In this document: in pieces, positions 1-7,474 of the stretch
How positions within the stretch are numbered: position 1 is the stretch's first letter
Layout of the letters: each line of letters starts with the position of its first letter
Assembly (NCBI GenBank): GCA_029864565.1
Contig: JAOTTD010000008.1
Span: 3,857 to 67,856, forward strand
Length of the DNA stretch: 64,000 nt
Reading direction: 5' to 3'
Source: Thermoplasmata archaeon
Lineage (GTDB): Archaea > Thermoplasmatota > Thermoplasmata > UBA10834
Notes under the pieces: model-generated
Seen by the model: only the letters and a program-made list of their open reading frames with translations
Database searches by the model: none
What the model was told of the DNA's origin: nothing
Made by a program: the position numbers and the translations under genes

Positions 1-633
1 GATCCTGTTCCTGAGAGTGAGGAGCTGTCAAGAGTCTTGGGAGTAGTTACGAAACTCTCGGCCATCCACCCGGGAAAGGTTTCCATTGACACGATGAAGC
101 CCACAGTCGCAGACGCCGCCTTGAGAGCCGGCGCGACGATTGTGAACGATGTCTCAGGCCTCAGGAGCTCCGAAATGAGGACGATAGTCGCTGAACACGG
201 GGCATCAGTCATCATCATGCATATGCTAGGAGAGCCCAGAACGATGCAGGACTCCCCGATTTATGAGGATGTCGTCGTTGACATAATCGAACACTTGAAG
301 GTAAGAATTGAGGATGCGGAGAAGGACGGCATCGACCCAAAGCGCATAATGGTGGACCCAGGGATAGGCTTCGGAAAGACTGTTGATCACAACATAGAAA
401 TACTGGCCAGATTGGGGGAGATGAAGTCTCTCGGGAAGCCCGTCGTGGTTGGGGTCTCTCGGAAATCATTCATCGGAAGCATCACAGGAAGGTCTGTCGA
501 GGACAGACTCGGAGGCTCGATTGCAGCGGCCATGGTAGCGGCATCTAACGGAGCGGACATCGTTCGAGCACATGACGTGCCAGAGACAGTCCAAGCGCTG
601 AGAGTCGCCTGGCGCATATCCAGCGGACTGTGA
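1..633 (+). CDS. folP: dihydropteroate synthase, 5' end cut by window edge
   Basis: Frame 1 is open from base 1. Translation shows pterin-binding DHPS signatures: SIDTMKP, IVNDVSGL, VDPGIGFGKT, GADIVRAHDV. Confidence 0.85.
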   Translation, partial: DPVPESEELSRVLGVVTKLSAIHPGKVSIDTMKPTVADAALRAGATIVNDVSGLRSSEMRTIVAEHGASVIIMHMLGEPRTMQDSPIYEDVVVDIIEHLKVRIEDAEKDGIDPKRIMVDPGIGFGKTVDHNIEILARLGEMKSLGKPVVVGVSRKSFIGSITGRSVEDRLGGSIAAAMVAASNGADIVRAHDVPETVQALRVAWRISSGL

Positions 634-650
634 ACCCACCAATGGCAGAA

Positions 651-726
651 TGGTGGGCCCGTCGCGATTTGAACGCGAGTCACCAGCACCCCAAGCTGGA
701 AGGATTCCAAGCTACCCCACGGGCCC
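651..726 (-). tRNA. tRNA-Pro (anticodon GGG), CCA encoded
   Basis: Minus strand reads GGGCCCGTGGGGTAGCTTGGAATCCTTCCAGCTTGGGGTGCTGGTGACTCGCGTTCAAATCGCGACGGGCCCACCA. It has a 7-bp acceptor stem GGGCCCG/CGGGCCC, anticodon stem CCAGC/GCTGG with loop TTGGGGT, and T-loop TTCAAAT. Confidence 0.9.
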
Positions 727-753
727 GAAAAGGAATGGGTTTGCGAGGCACCG

Positions 754-951
754 CTAGTAGGGCGCTACCTCGTCAATCAGGTCTGCATGCGTCAGAATCA
801 TTCTCCTGCAGCAGTATCTCTCGACGTGGAGGGCATCGAGCACTTCCTTGGGGGATTCCCCCATGCCTGTCTTCCGGACGAATTCCTCGAAAGCGCTGCC
901 TATGACCTTGCCGCATGTGAAGCATCGAACTGGTATGATCAATTCAATCAC
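754..951 (-). CDS. rpoN: DNA-directed RNA polymerase subunit N (Rpb10 homolog)
   Basis: 65 aa. [18 protein letters not shown]...[12 protein letters not shown] carries the CxxC...CC zinc motif of RpoN. Sits in the classic L18e-L13-S9-RpoN-tRNA-Pro archaeal cluster. Confidence 0.92.
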   Translation of the reverse strand: MIELIIPVRCFTCGKVIGSAFEEFVRKTGMGESPKEVLDALHVERYCCRRMILTHADLIDEVAPY

Positions 952-1346
952 CTGTACGATTTCTGACGCTTCTTCCTGGCTCCTCTTCCGAGCGGCTTCT
1001 TAGGAAGCTTCCTCCTCGGGTCGGACACCATGAGTGCCCTGTCGTACTTGACGAACTTCTCTTGGAGTCTCTCGTCACCAAGGAACTGCACCAGCCCCTT
1101 GGCGATAGCGGTCCTTGTAGCGGACGCTTGGCCCATAAAGCCTCCACCGCTGACATTGATGTCAATGTCGACCTTAGAAGCCTTGTCTCCCGCCAATGTC
1201 AGGGGCTCCATTATCTTCACTCGCGCCAGGTACGGCTCGTAAATCTCGATCGGAACGCTGTTCACGCGAATCAAACCGCGTCCTTTTCTGACTGTCGCAC
1301 GGGCGACAGCGCTCTTTCTCTTGCCGCTGACGACAACTACCTTCAT
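948..1346 (-). CDS. rps9: 30S ribosomal protein S9 (uS9)
   Basis: ATG at 1346 gives [19 protein letters not shown]...GGGFMGQA...[11 protein letters not shown]. The longer ORF-track N-extension runs into L13 and is rejected. Confidence 0.92.
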   Translation of the reverse strand: MKVVVVSGKRKSAVARATVRKGRGLIRVNSVPIEIYEPYLARVKIMEPLTLAGDKASKVDIDINVSGGGFMGQASATRTAIAKGLVQFLGDERLQEKFVKYDRALMVSDPRRKLPKKPLGRGARKKRQKSYR

Positions 1347-1350
1347 GTGA

Positions 1351-1764
1351 TTACAACCTCCCAGAGCCGAGCTCTTTCGAAACCTCGCCGAGATACATAG
1401 ACCTGGCAGGTGCCTTCTTGGCAATGCTCGGGGCTTCTGCCTCGAGATTCTCCAGCTCTCGTGGGACACCTACATACACCTTCAGGCGCCGGTAGGCCTC
1501 TTTCCCGGACGGTTTTCGGTATTCGAGCATGCCCCTGACTGTGCGCTTGAATATCATATCTGCGGCGCGAGGATACTTCGGCCCGCTGAAATTCTTACCT
1601 CGGGCCCATCTCTGCTTGTAGTGGGCGATTATCTGGGACCTGTTCCCGGAAATCCTGACCTTCTCCGCATTCACGATGGTGATCTCCTCACCTTCAATCA
1701 ACCGTTTAGCCACCTGGGTACACAATCTGCCCAGAACCTGCTCCTGTGCATCGATTACTGCCAG
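1351..1764 (-). CDS. rpl13: 50S ribosomal protein L13 (uL13); start uncertain (in-frame CTG at 1764, or TTG at 1725)
   Basis: ...[39 protein letters not shown] is the conserved uL13 N-terminus. The VIDA...GRL part lies upstream of the first ATG/GTG/TTG (TTG at 1725). The only plausible in-frame initiator is CTG 1762-1764, behind the SD-like GGGGTGAT. Confidence 0.85.
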   Translation of the reverse strand: MAVIDAQEQVLGRLCTQVAKRLIEGEEITIVNAEKVRISGNRSQIIAHYKQRWARGKNFSGPKYPRAADMIFKRTVRGMLEYRKPSGKEAYRRLKVYVGVPRELENLEAEAPSIAKKAPARSMYLGEVSKELGSGRL

Positions 1765-1768
1765 ATCA

Positions 1769-2155
1769 TCACCCCATAATCCTTACTTTGGAGCCCTTTG
1801 GATTCTCAGCAATGAGCTCCTCAATCGAAATGCTCTGGCCTCCTGCGCTCGAAATCTTCTGCCTAGCCTGACTCGATGCGCGAAACGCGGCCACGGTCAC
1901 CTTCTTCTTGATCTCACCCGCACCCAACAGTGTACCTGGGACGACGATGACTTCGTTATCGTTGGCATACATGTCCAGCTTGCTTACGTTGACCTCGGCC
2001 CAGGTGCTTGCAGGGCCTTCAAGCCTCAACGCGATGTCTCGCCAGACACATGCCTCGTTCGTCCTGCCAGCATCCTTCAGATGCTGTATCAGGGTCAAGA
2101 GGTGGGGGTTCGTTTTATAGCTTCTTCTTCCCATTTCTGACTCCTCCGACATCAT
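1769..2155 (-). CDS. rpl18e: 50S ribosomal protein L18e
   Basis: KTNPHLLTLIQHLK...VVVPGTLLGAGEI...VAAFRASSQARQKI match the L18e/L15 family. An alternative start is ATG at 2134, preceded by GGAGGAG. Confidence 0.88.
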   Translation of the reverse strand: MMSEESEMGRRSYKTNPHLLTLIQHLKDAGRTNEACVWRDIALRLEGPASTWAEVNVSKLDMYANDNEVIVVPGTLLGAGEIKKKVTVAAFRASSQARQKISSAGGQSISIEELIAENPKGSKVRIMG

Positions 2156-2182
2156 GGAGCAGGCGACTTAATGTGCGTTCCG

Positions 2183-2190
2183 TTTATAAA
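2183..2190 (-). promoter_or_regulatory. TATA box candidate for the L18e-L13-S9-RpoN operon
   Basis: TTTATAAA lies about 28 nt upstream of the ATG at 2155. This spacing is compatible with a leaderless or short-leader transcript. Confidence 0.4.
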
Positions 2191-2362
2191 GCTTTGGATG
2201 AATCCAACAGACTGGCCAGTTCGCCTGGCGCGCGGTTGAGGACCGCTTTGTTCTTCATCGTTTAGCTCAAATTCAAGGATCGCTCCAGTCTAAGCGGCCA
2301 AGTCAACAGAAGATATATATGGCTTATGCAATACTCGATGACTCCAGACCATCCGGGAGCTA

Positions 2363-3415
2363 TTGGAGAATATGATTCGTTTTGGACCAGCCGGTATACC
2401 GCTATCCTGTAAGGGCAGGACTCTCAGGGATGGGATTGAAGACGTTCACAATCTCGGTCTTACAGCGATGGAAGGACAGCTCGTCAGAGCGAATGTCCAG
2501 GAGAGATCTGCCGAACCAGAAGAGATCGGACAGACACCAAGGGAACTCACAACGGACATGGTCATTGAGATCATACGGAGGAAGGGCGCCAAGGAAGAAA
2601 CGATATCCCACCTCGACGAACCGGTCAAAACGGGCGACACACTTGTCGTTCTTTCGAGCGGCATTTCGAGGAGTTATTCCGAACTCAGGAGCCTCAAGGG
2701 AATGGCGGAGGAGTTGGATGTGCAACTCGCCATACACACCCCCTACTACATGGATGTAATTGGTGAAGGGGAACTTTGCTTCAAGAGCATGGACTCAATC
2801 AGGTGGGCCGGAATTATAGCGAACGAGCTCGGTGCGAAGATGGTTGTCACGCACATCGGACTCTACGGCGATGTCACCCCACGGACTGCCTTCAAGCGGG
2901 CAAAGGAACGGCTGACTGAGCTCGCAAAGTGGTACAAGAAGAACGGAATCAAGACGCCGATAGGGCTGGAGCTCAGCGGCAGACAGGAGGTATTCGGGTC
3001 GCAGAGCGAGGTGTCGAGGCTGTGCAAGGACACCAAAGAGCTTGTGCCAGTCGTAAACTTCGCTCACTATCACTCGCGAGAAGGTGGCTCCCTTCGTGAG
3101 CCAAAGGATTTCGATAAGCTCCTAGACGGATTGGAAAGCGGTACGAGCGGGGATATGTACGCGCATTTCTCCGGCGTGGAACACGAGAGCGGAAACGAGA
3201 AGCGATTCACATCAATCAAGAAGGGCGACCTGAGATTCGAACCTCTCGCTGAGGCCTTGGTTGACAGGAACCAGCCAATCACGATTATCTCGAGTTCACC
3301 TTTGCTTGAACACGACGCGATGTACATGAAAGTGATACTAGAACGTGTTTTGGCAAAGAAGGTCTCAAGGGAGATCAAAGGGAACTCCAAGAAGAACAAA
3401 GCTGGGTCGAAATGA
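2363..3415 (+). CDS. xylose-isomerase-like TIM-barrel protein (AP endonuclease 2 / endonuclease IV-related family)
   Basis: IRFGPAGIP N-terminus, then ...IHTPYY..., VVTHIGLYG, NFAHYHSREG, which resemble metal-binding strand ends of the family. Start is TTG 2363 or ATG 2372. The stop overlaps the next gene (ATGA at 3412). Confidence 0.55.
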   Translation: MENMIRFGPAGIPLSCKGRTLRDGIEDVHNLGLTAMEGQLVRANVQERSAEPEEIGQTPRELTTDMVIEIIRRKGAKEETISHLDEPVKTGDTLVVLSSGISRSYSELRSLKGMAEELDVQLAIHTPYYMDVIGEGELCFKSMDSIRWAGIIANELGAKMVVTHIGLYGDVTPRTAFKRAKERLTELAKWYKKNGIKTPIGLELSGRQEVFGSQSEVSRLCKDTKELVPVVNFAHYHSREGGSLREPKDFDKLLDGLESGTSGDMYAHFSGVEHESGNEKRFTSIKKGDLRFEPLAEALVDRNQPITIISSSPLLEHDAMYMKVILERVLAKKVSREIKGNSKKNKAGSK

Positions 3416-3948
3416 AGGAGAGCACTGACTACATCATAGAGAACATCCGAAGAACCCTGGATAACGACCTGCCGGGAACGGATGAATTCGTAGACATGAT
3501 TATCTCGGCTCCTAGGATTTTCATCTACGGTGTCGGACGTTCAGGCCTCATCGCCAAGGCTTTCGCGATAAGGCTCGTCCAGATGGGACTGGAGGTCTAC
3601 TTCGTGGGTGAGACCATCACCCCGATTGTCGAAGAAGGCCACCTGGTGGTGATTGTGTCCCACACCGGGGACACGATGTCTTGTGTCCAAACGGCAAACA
3701 TCGTGAGAAGGGTTGGCGCCAGAGTAGCGAGCATCACGTCGAATGATAACTCGAAACTTGCGGCGGCATCGAATCTCGTGATTCGGATCAAGCCGAAGAT
3801 GGATGAGGAGCGCAAGAGGCTGGCTCCACTCGGCACATTGTTCGAGGACGCCACTCTGGTCTACCTCGACAGCATAGTCGCCCAGATGATGGAAAAGCTA
3901 GGGCGGAGCGAAGGGTCTATGCGCAAGAGGCACGCAATCTGGGTGTAG
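3412..3948 (+). CDS. SIS-domain protein, 6-phospho-3-hexuloisomerase (PHI)-like
   Basis: 178 aa single SIS domain: RIFIYGVGRSGLIAKAFAIRLVQMG, VVIVSHTGDT, LGTLFEDATLVYLD. Confidence 0.75.
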   Translation: MKESTDYIIENIRRTLDNDLPGTDEFVDMIISAPRIFIYGVGRSGLIAKAFAIRLVQMGLEVYFVGETITPIVEEGHLVVIVSHTGDTMSCVQTANIVRRVGARVASITSNDNSKLAAASNLVIRIKPKMDEERKRLAPLGTLFEDATLVYLDSIVAQMMEKLGRSEGSMRKRHAIWV

Positions 3949-3957
3949 CAGAACTCG

Positions 3958-5106
3958 TCAATCTAGCTCTTCGACCGGTGCTGCCTCACTCACGCCCGAC
4001 CGCTTTCGCCTCCGCCTCATGACCATAGCGACAATCACCAGTGACACCGTCACCACGCCAATCAACACCACCAATTCGGAATACTCTCGGATCCAATCGC
4101 GGACGCCACCAATGAATCCTGACTCAAATATTCCAGTGCTCGATTCGAAATCAATCTGATTCGTGCAGTTGTCGATGGCGATGATCGAATGTAGCATCAT
4201 GCCGTTGCCCGTTGTGAAGTAGGACGAATCGATGTCAACCGCCGTGCTATTGTCACCCTGATCCACGAGAACCTCTGAACCCCAGCGGTAGAACGCCTGG
4301 GTCACGCCATCCTCCTTAGCGAACAGTATCTCCTGCACGGGGTTTGGCGTTGCTCTGAACTCGTGCGGATATCCATTCTCGAACTTCCTCTCATCGATGG
4401 TTCCGGAAATCACCGTCGTTTCGGTATCGTTGTTGCCATCTGATTCCAGCAGCTCGAACATGTTGGTGGATGCACCACCCTGCAAGAACTGCTCGAGAAC
4501 GAAACTCTCGACGTCGATACATTCGTTGACGACGAGAGAGAAGTTCATCCTGAGCTGGGTGCCTCCGCCGACCACATACACCCCCTTCGAGTTCGAGTAT
4601 TCAACGGGATTCTCTGTGATCGAGAACCAAAATGAGAGAAGGGCCCAGTTTGACATCACGAGTGTCTCGTTCTCGGCGACGAGATAGGCGTTCAACTCAG
4701 ACCGCATGCTGAACGATGCATGTTCGCCAGATTGGCTGTTGTAGCCTTGGTCGATAGGGGTCATGTTCCACTCCACATGGTTCGAGTCCAAAAACGCTGT
4801 GAGAACGGCCTCCTCCGCATCGAACAAGCCATCTCCATCGCTATCATTGTGCGCGTGTATCCGCGGGAAGCTGACTTCAAATGTGGGACTGAAGGGATCG
4901 ATTTCGTGCCAGAAGATGACCCGGGGCCAATCGCGCGTTATCCTGACGGTGAAATTACCAGATACTATACTGACCTTCGCATCGTCGACGCTCACAAACA
5001 GCGTGTACTCTTCGGAACCGCTAGCTGCGAATTCAGAGAAGGCCGTTGTCGTCATTGCCAGACACGCAAATGCCACGAAGAGTCTCTTCGGGACGGTACC
5101 GCTCAC
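3958..5106 (-). CDS. secreted, C-terminally membrane-anchored protein (hypothetical)
   Basis: N-terminal signal-like segment RLFVAFACLAMTTTAFS. Contains a DSDGDGLFD Ca-binding-like motif and many N-x-S/T sequons. C-terminal TM LVVLIGVVTVSLVIVAMVM is followed by RRRRKR. Confidence 0.6.
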   Translation of the reverse strand: MSGTVPKRLFVAFACLAMTTTAFSEFAASGSEEYTLFVSVDDAKVSIVSGNFTVRITRDWPRVIFWHEIDPFSPTFEVSFPRIHAHNDSDGDGLFDAEEAVLTAFLDSNHVEWNMTPIDQGYNSQSGEHASFSMRSELNAYLVAENETLVMSNWALLSFWFSITENPVEYSNSKGVYVVGGGTQLRMNFSLVVNECIDVESFVLEQFLQGGASTNMFELLESDGNNDTETTVISGTIDERKFENGYPHEFRATPNPVQEILFAKEDGVTQAFYRWGSEVLVDQGDNSTAVDIDSSYFTTGNGMMLHSIIAIDNCTNQIDFESSTGIFESGFIGGVRDWIREYSELVVLIGVVTVSLVIVAMVMRRRRKRSGVSEAAPVEELD

Positions 5107-5171
5107 TCTCTTCCTCCCGACTCATGTATGGTACTGGCTGTCGGATAAGCTTTTCCAGCATAGGGCGACTC

Positions 5172-5816
5172 TCATTGGAGAGCTTGACCGACCTGGCCAC
5201 CTCCAAGCGTCCTGAGCCGCCTCATACGCGGGAACCCACCATCAACGATGGTGAATGGCACCCCGATGTAACCGTCCCCTCGCAACTTGAATGCCTCAAT
5301 CTCTCTGTTCAAGGGGTCTATTACGATGGCACAATGAAACGATTGACTGAACATTGCCTTCTGAGTTCGCATGTCGGTCCTCGATAGGAAGCATGTGTGG
5401 CCAGGATGTGAGTGATACCATCCAACCACGACATAGTCGAAATCCGCCCTGTCGAGGTCTGCAAAGAGCCTCGGCAAAGCCTCGGGGTCGAACTTTACCT
5501 TTGCAGGGGAGTTCTTCAAATCAGTCGTGCCGACATCTCTCACAATCGTATAGATCTCCCCTTTCCATGACCGAACCTCTCCGAGTAGAAGCCCCATGAC
5601 CTCGAGCATTTTGGGGGCGGCGTTCATGGACTGCTCAAGTATCTTGTTTTCAGCTAATGAGGATAGGTATACGTCGAACGTCTCACGAGTGGCACAGGTC
5701 GCCTTGTAACGCTTGGCAGCGTCGGGCGACAGCCATGCATGAGGTCTTGTTGCCGAAGGGGGCATGAGCTCTAGCACGGGCTTTCTGATTTCACCGACAA
5801 TCCTAGGTCTCCCCAT
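5172..5816 (-). CDS. JAMM/MPN+ metalloprotease, Rpn11/CSN5-like (putative Ubl-deconjugating/processing enzyme)
   Basis: Glu in LEVMGLLLGE plus VVGWYHSHPGHTCFLSRTDMRTQ (H-x-H-x7-S-x2-D). ATG 5816 follows the SD-like GGTGAGGT (GTG 5825 is the alternative start). Overlaps the E2 stop by 14 nt. Confidence 0.85.
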   Translation of the reverse strand: MGRPRIVGEIRKPVLELMPPSATRPHAWLSPDAAKRYKATCATRETFDVYLSSLAENKILEQSMNAAPKMLEVMGLLLGEVRSWKGEIYTIVRDVGTTDLKNSPAKVKFDPEALPRLFADLDRADFDYVVVGWYHSHPGHTCFLSRTDMRTQKAMFSQSFHCAIVIDPLNREIEAFKLRGDGYIGVPFTIVDGGFPRMRRLRTLGGGQVGQALQ

Positions 5817-6336
5817 TGACCTCACCGATTATTCGTATACTGCCTTCGCCTCGGTCCAAGGACAGAGGCGGAGTGTATCCCACTCTGTTGAAATGGGCAG
5901 CCGCCCTAGTGCAGGTGTCGCTGCCAAACGGATTCCTCGGATTCGGGTTTGCCAATAGCCACTCTATGCCTTTGAAGAATTCCAATAGGGTCGAGTTGAA
6001 GTCCCAGCACTCGAGGAGTCTGGTGCACACGTAGCCTCCGTCTTCGGGTGACATTATGTTCGGGTGAAAGATCGGCGTCCTCCACTTGACTATAGGTTTC
6101 TCAGCTGGGTACTCATCTGTAATCAACACAGCCATCCTGTGAACGTGTCTATGAACGAATCTGCCATCTTCCCATGATGGCCCTGGTACTCGCATGAAGG
6201 TGACGTGAATCAGGATTGGGAAGGAGGTGAGCGTGCAGTCTGATATCGAAATGTGATGGGTGAGTTCGCGTCGACATATTTCTATCTCGTTCTTGAGACG
6301 GATGCGCAGTATGTTGACGGGCAGGATTGTTGTCAA
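5803..6336 (-). CDS. ubiquitin-conjugating enzyme (E2/UBC-fold) homolog
   Basis: N-terminal helix RIRLKNEIEICRRE, then YPAEKPIVKWRTPIFHPNIMSPEDGGYVCTRLLECW...GIEWLLANPNPRNPFG (HPN motif, candidate catalytic Cys, Trp, Pro/Asn loop). The TTG start directly follows the Ubl TAG stop. Confidence 0.8.
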   Translation of the reverse strand: MTTILPVNILRIRLKNEIEICRRELTHHISISDCTLTSFPILIHVTFMRVPGPSWEDGRFVHRHVHRMAVLITDEYPAEKPIVKWRTPIFHPNIMSPEDGGYVCTRLLECWDFNSTLLEFFKGIEWLLANPNPRNPFGSDTCTRAAAHFNRVGYTPPLSLDRGEGSIRIIGEVNGET

Positions 6337-6585
6337 CTATCCGCCCTCTGGGTCTGGAACCAGCTCAAGCATGTCATCTTCTCTCACTCCGGCATCAGCT
6401 AGAGCCATTGTCCCCCTGAGCACCTTCTTCCCTTTCCTGACAACGTATGCCCCCATCTCCTTGTTCCAGAACGTTGCCGCGCTCTCAATCACCTCGTCGA
6501 TGGTGTTATCATTTTCGAGTTCCATTTCCACAGTCGCGCCGCTCTCTGCGTTCTTGACCTTTATCCTGAAGGGCAGGGGAACCAC
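6337..6585 (-). CDS. ubiquitin-like beta-grasp protein ending in Gly-Gly
   Basis: GTG at 6585 gives 82 aa: VPLPFRIKVKNAESGATVEMELENDNTIDEVIESAATFWNK...YVVRKGKKVLRGTMALADAGVREDDMLELVPDPEGG-stop. The longer ORF-track version overlaps E1 in another frame. Confidence 0.75.
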   Translation of the reverse strand: MVPLPFRIKVKNAESGATVEMELENDNTIDEVIESAATFWNKEMGAYVVRKGKKVLRGTMALADAGVREDDMLELVPDPEGG

Positions 6586-6637
6586 CAGAATCGTGACAAC
6601 CGTTGCAGCCTTAACGATTTCGGATACCTGTAGCCGG

Positions 6638-7474
6638 TCAATTGTGATGCACCAAGCAGTCTGGGTTTCGAGAAATTTCCAACTCCTCCATACGATTTTG
6701 TTTCCCGTCGTAATACAACATATTCGACAGCATAAGGTCATCCCTTCCAGACGTGTGCTTGGCAATCTCACGAACCATGATGGCGGCAAGAACACTGGTG
6801 GTCGTTATCTCCGCTGCCAACCTGGGCTCGTGAAAGACCGTCTCAACACCAGTACAGCTGAATCTCAGGCTAGCAACCTTAGCGTGAGACTTGTTCATTC
6901 CACACTGGAGGCATGCGCCATCGGGTGGCCTGACCACCATTACCCTGCCGGTCAGCCCCTCCATTCCACCGTCAACGTAAAGCTTTCCGGCGCGGTAAGA
7001 TTGCCCGTTTACGTGGGTTCGCGCAAGAACATTGTCGAGACATCCGAGGACGACATCGGAGCCCCTGAAAAGGTCTGACGCTGCTTCCTCAATCGGAGCC
7101 GTGACCGCCCTGGCTGAACGCCCCCCTGCGAGGCCGTTGATTCCATCGGCGACCAATTCCGCCTTGAAACGCTCATCCGCGGCGTCACTCTCCCTGAAGA
7201 ACAGACACCTGCTAAGGTTCGACACAGCCACGGTGTCCATATCCACAACAGTTATATTTCGAAAGCCCGAAAGAGCGAGATTCTTGCCGGCTTCGTTGCC
7301 AAGAGCACCGGCCCCGACCATGAGTACCTTCGTCTGGCTGATTGCATTCACATCCAACCAATCTATCCGGCGAGACCTATCGAATCTGTCTCCGTCGAAA
7401 TCGAATGGTCTAATCATCTCCTCCATTGGCAAGGGAAGAGACGATATCGCACAAATAACTTGAGTCAATTCCAA
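6638..7474 (-). CDS. E1-like ThiF/MoeB/Uba-family adenylyltransferase
   Basis: KVLMVGAGALGNEAGKNLALSG Rossmann loop, ITVVDMDTVAVSNLSRC, a CLQC...DCLVHH putative Zn site, and RFSCTG as candidate catalytic Cys. TTG 7474 overlaps the upstream gene by 10 nt. ATG 7426 is an alternative start. Confidence 0.85.
   Translation of the reverse strand: MELTQVICAISSLPLPMEEMIRPFDFDGDRFDRSRRIDWLDVNAISQTKVLMVGAGALGNEAGKNLALSGFRNITVVDMDTVAVSNLSRCLFFRESDAADERFKAELVADGINGLAGGRSARAVTAPIEEAASDLFRGSDVVLGCLDNVLARTHVNGQSYRAGKLYVDGGMEGLTGRVMVVRPPDGACLQCGMNKSHAKVASLRFSCTGVETVFHEPRLAAEITTTSVLAAIMVREIAKHTSGRDDLMLSNMLYYDGKQNRMEELEISRNPDCLVHHN

Noticed and set aside
6260-7078. 272-aa + strand ORF covering the Ubl and E1 genes
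   Set aside because: It is antisense to two ORFs with strong family motifs. Its translation is Ser/Thr/Leu-rich and low-complexity with no motifs. This is a typical shadow ORF in GC-rich DNA.
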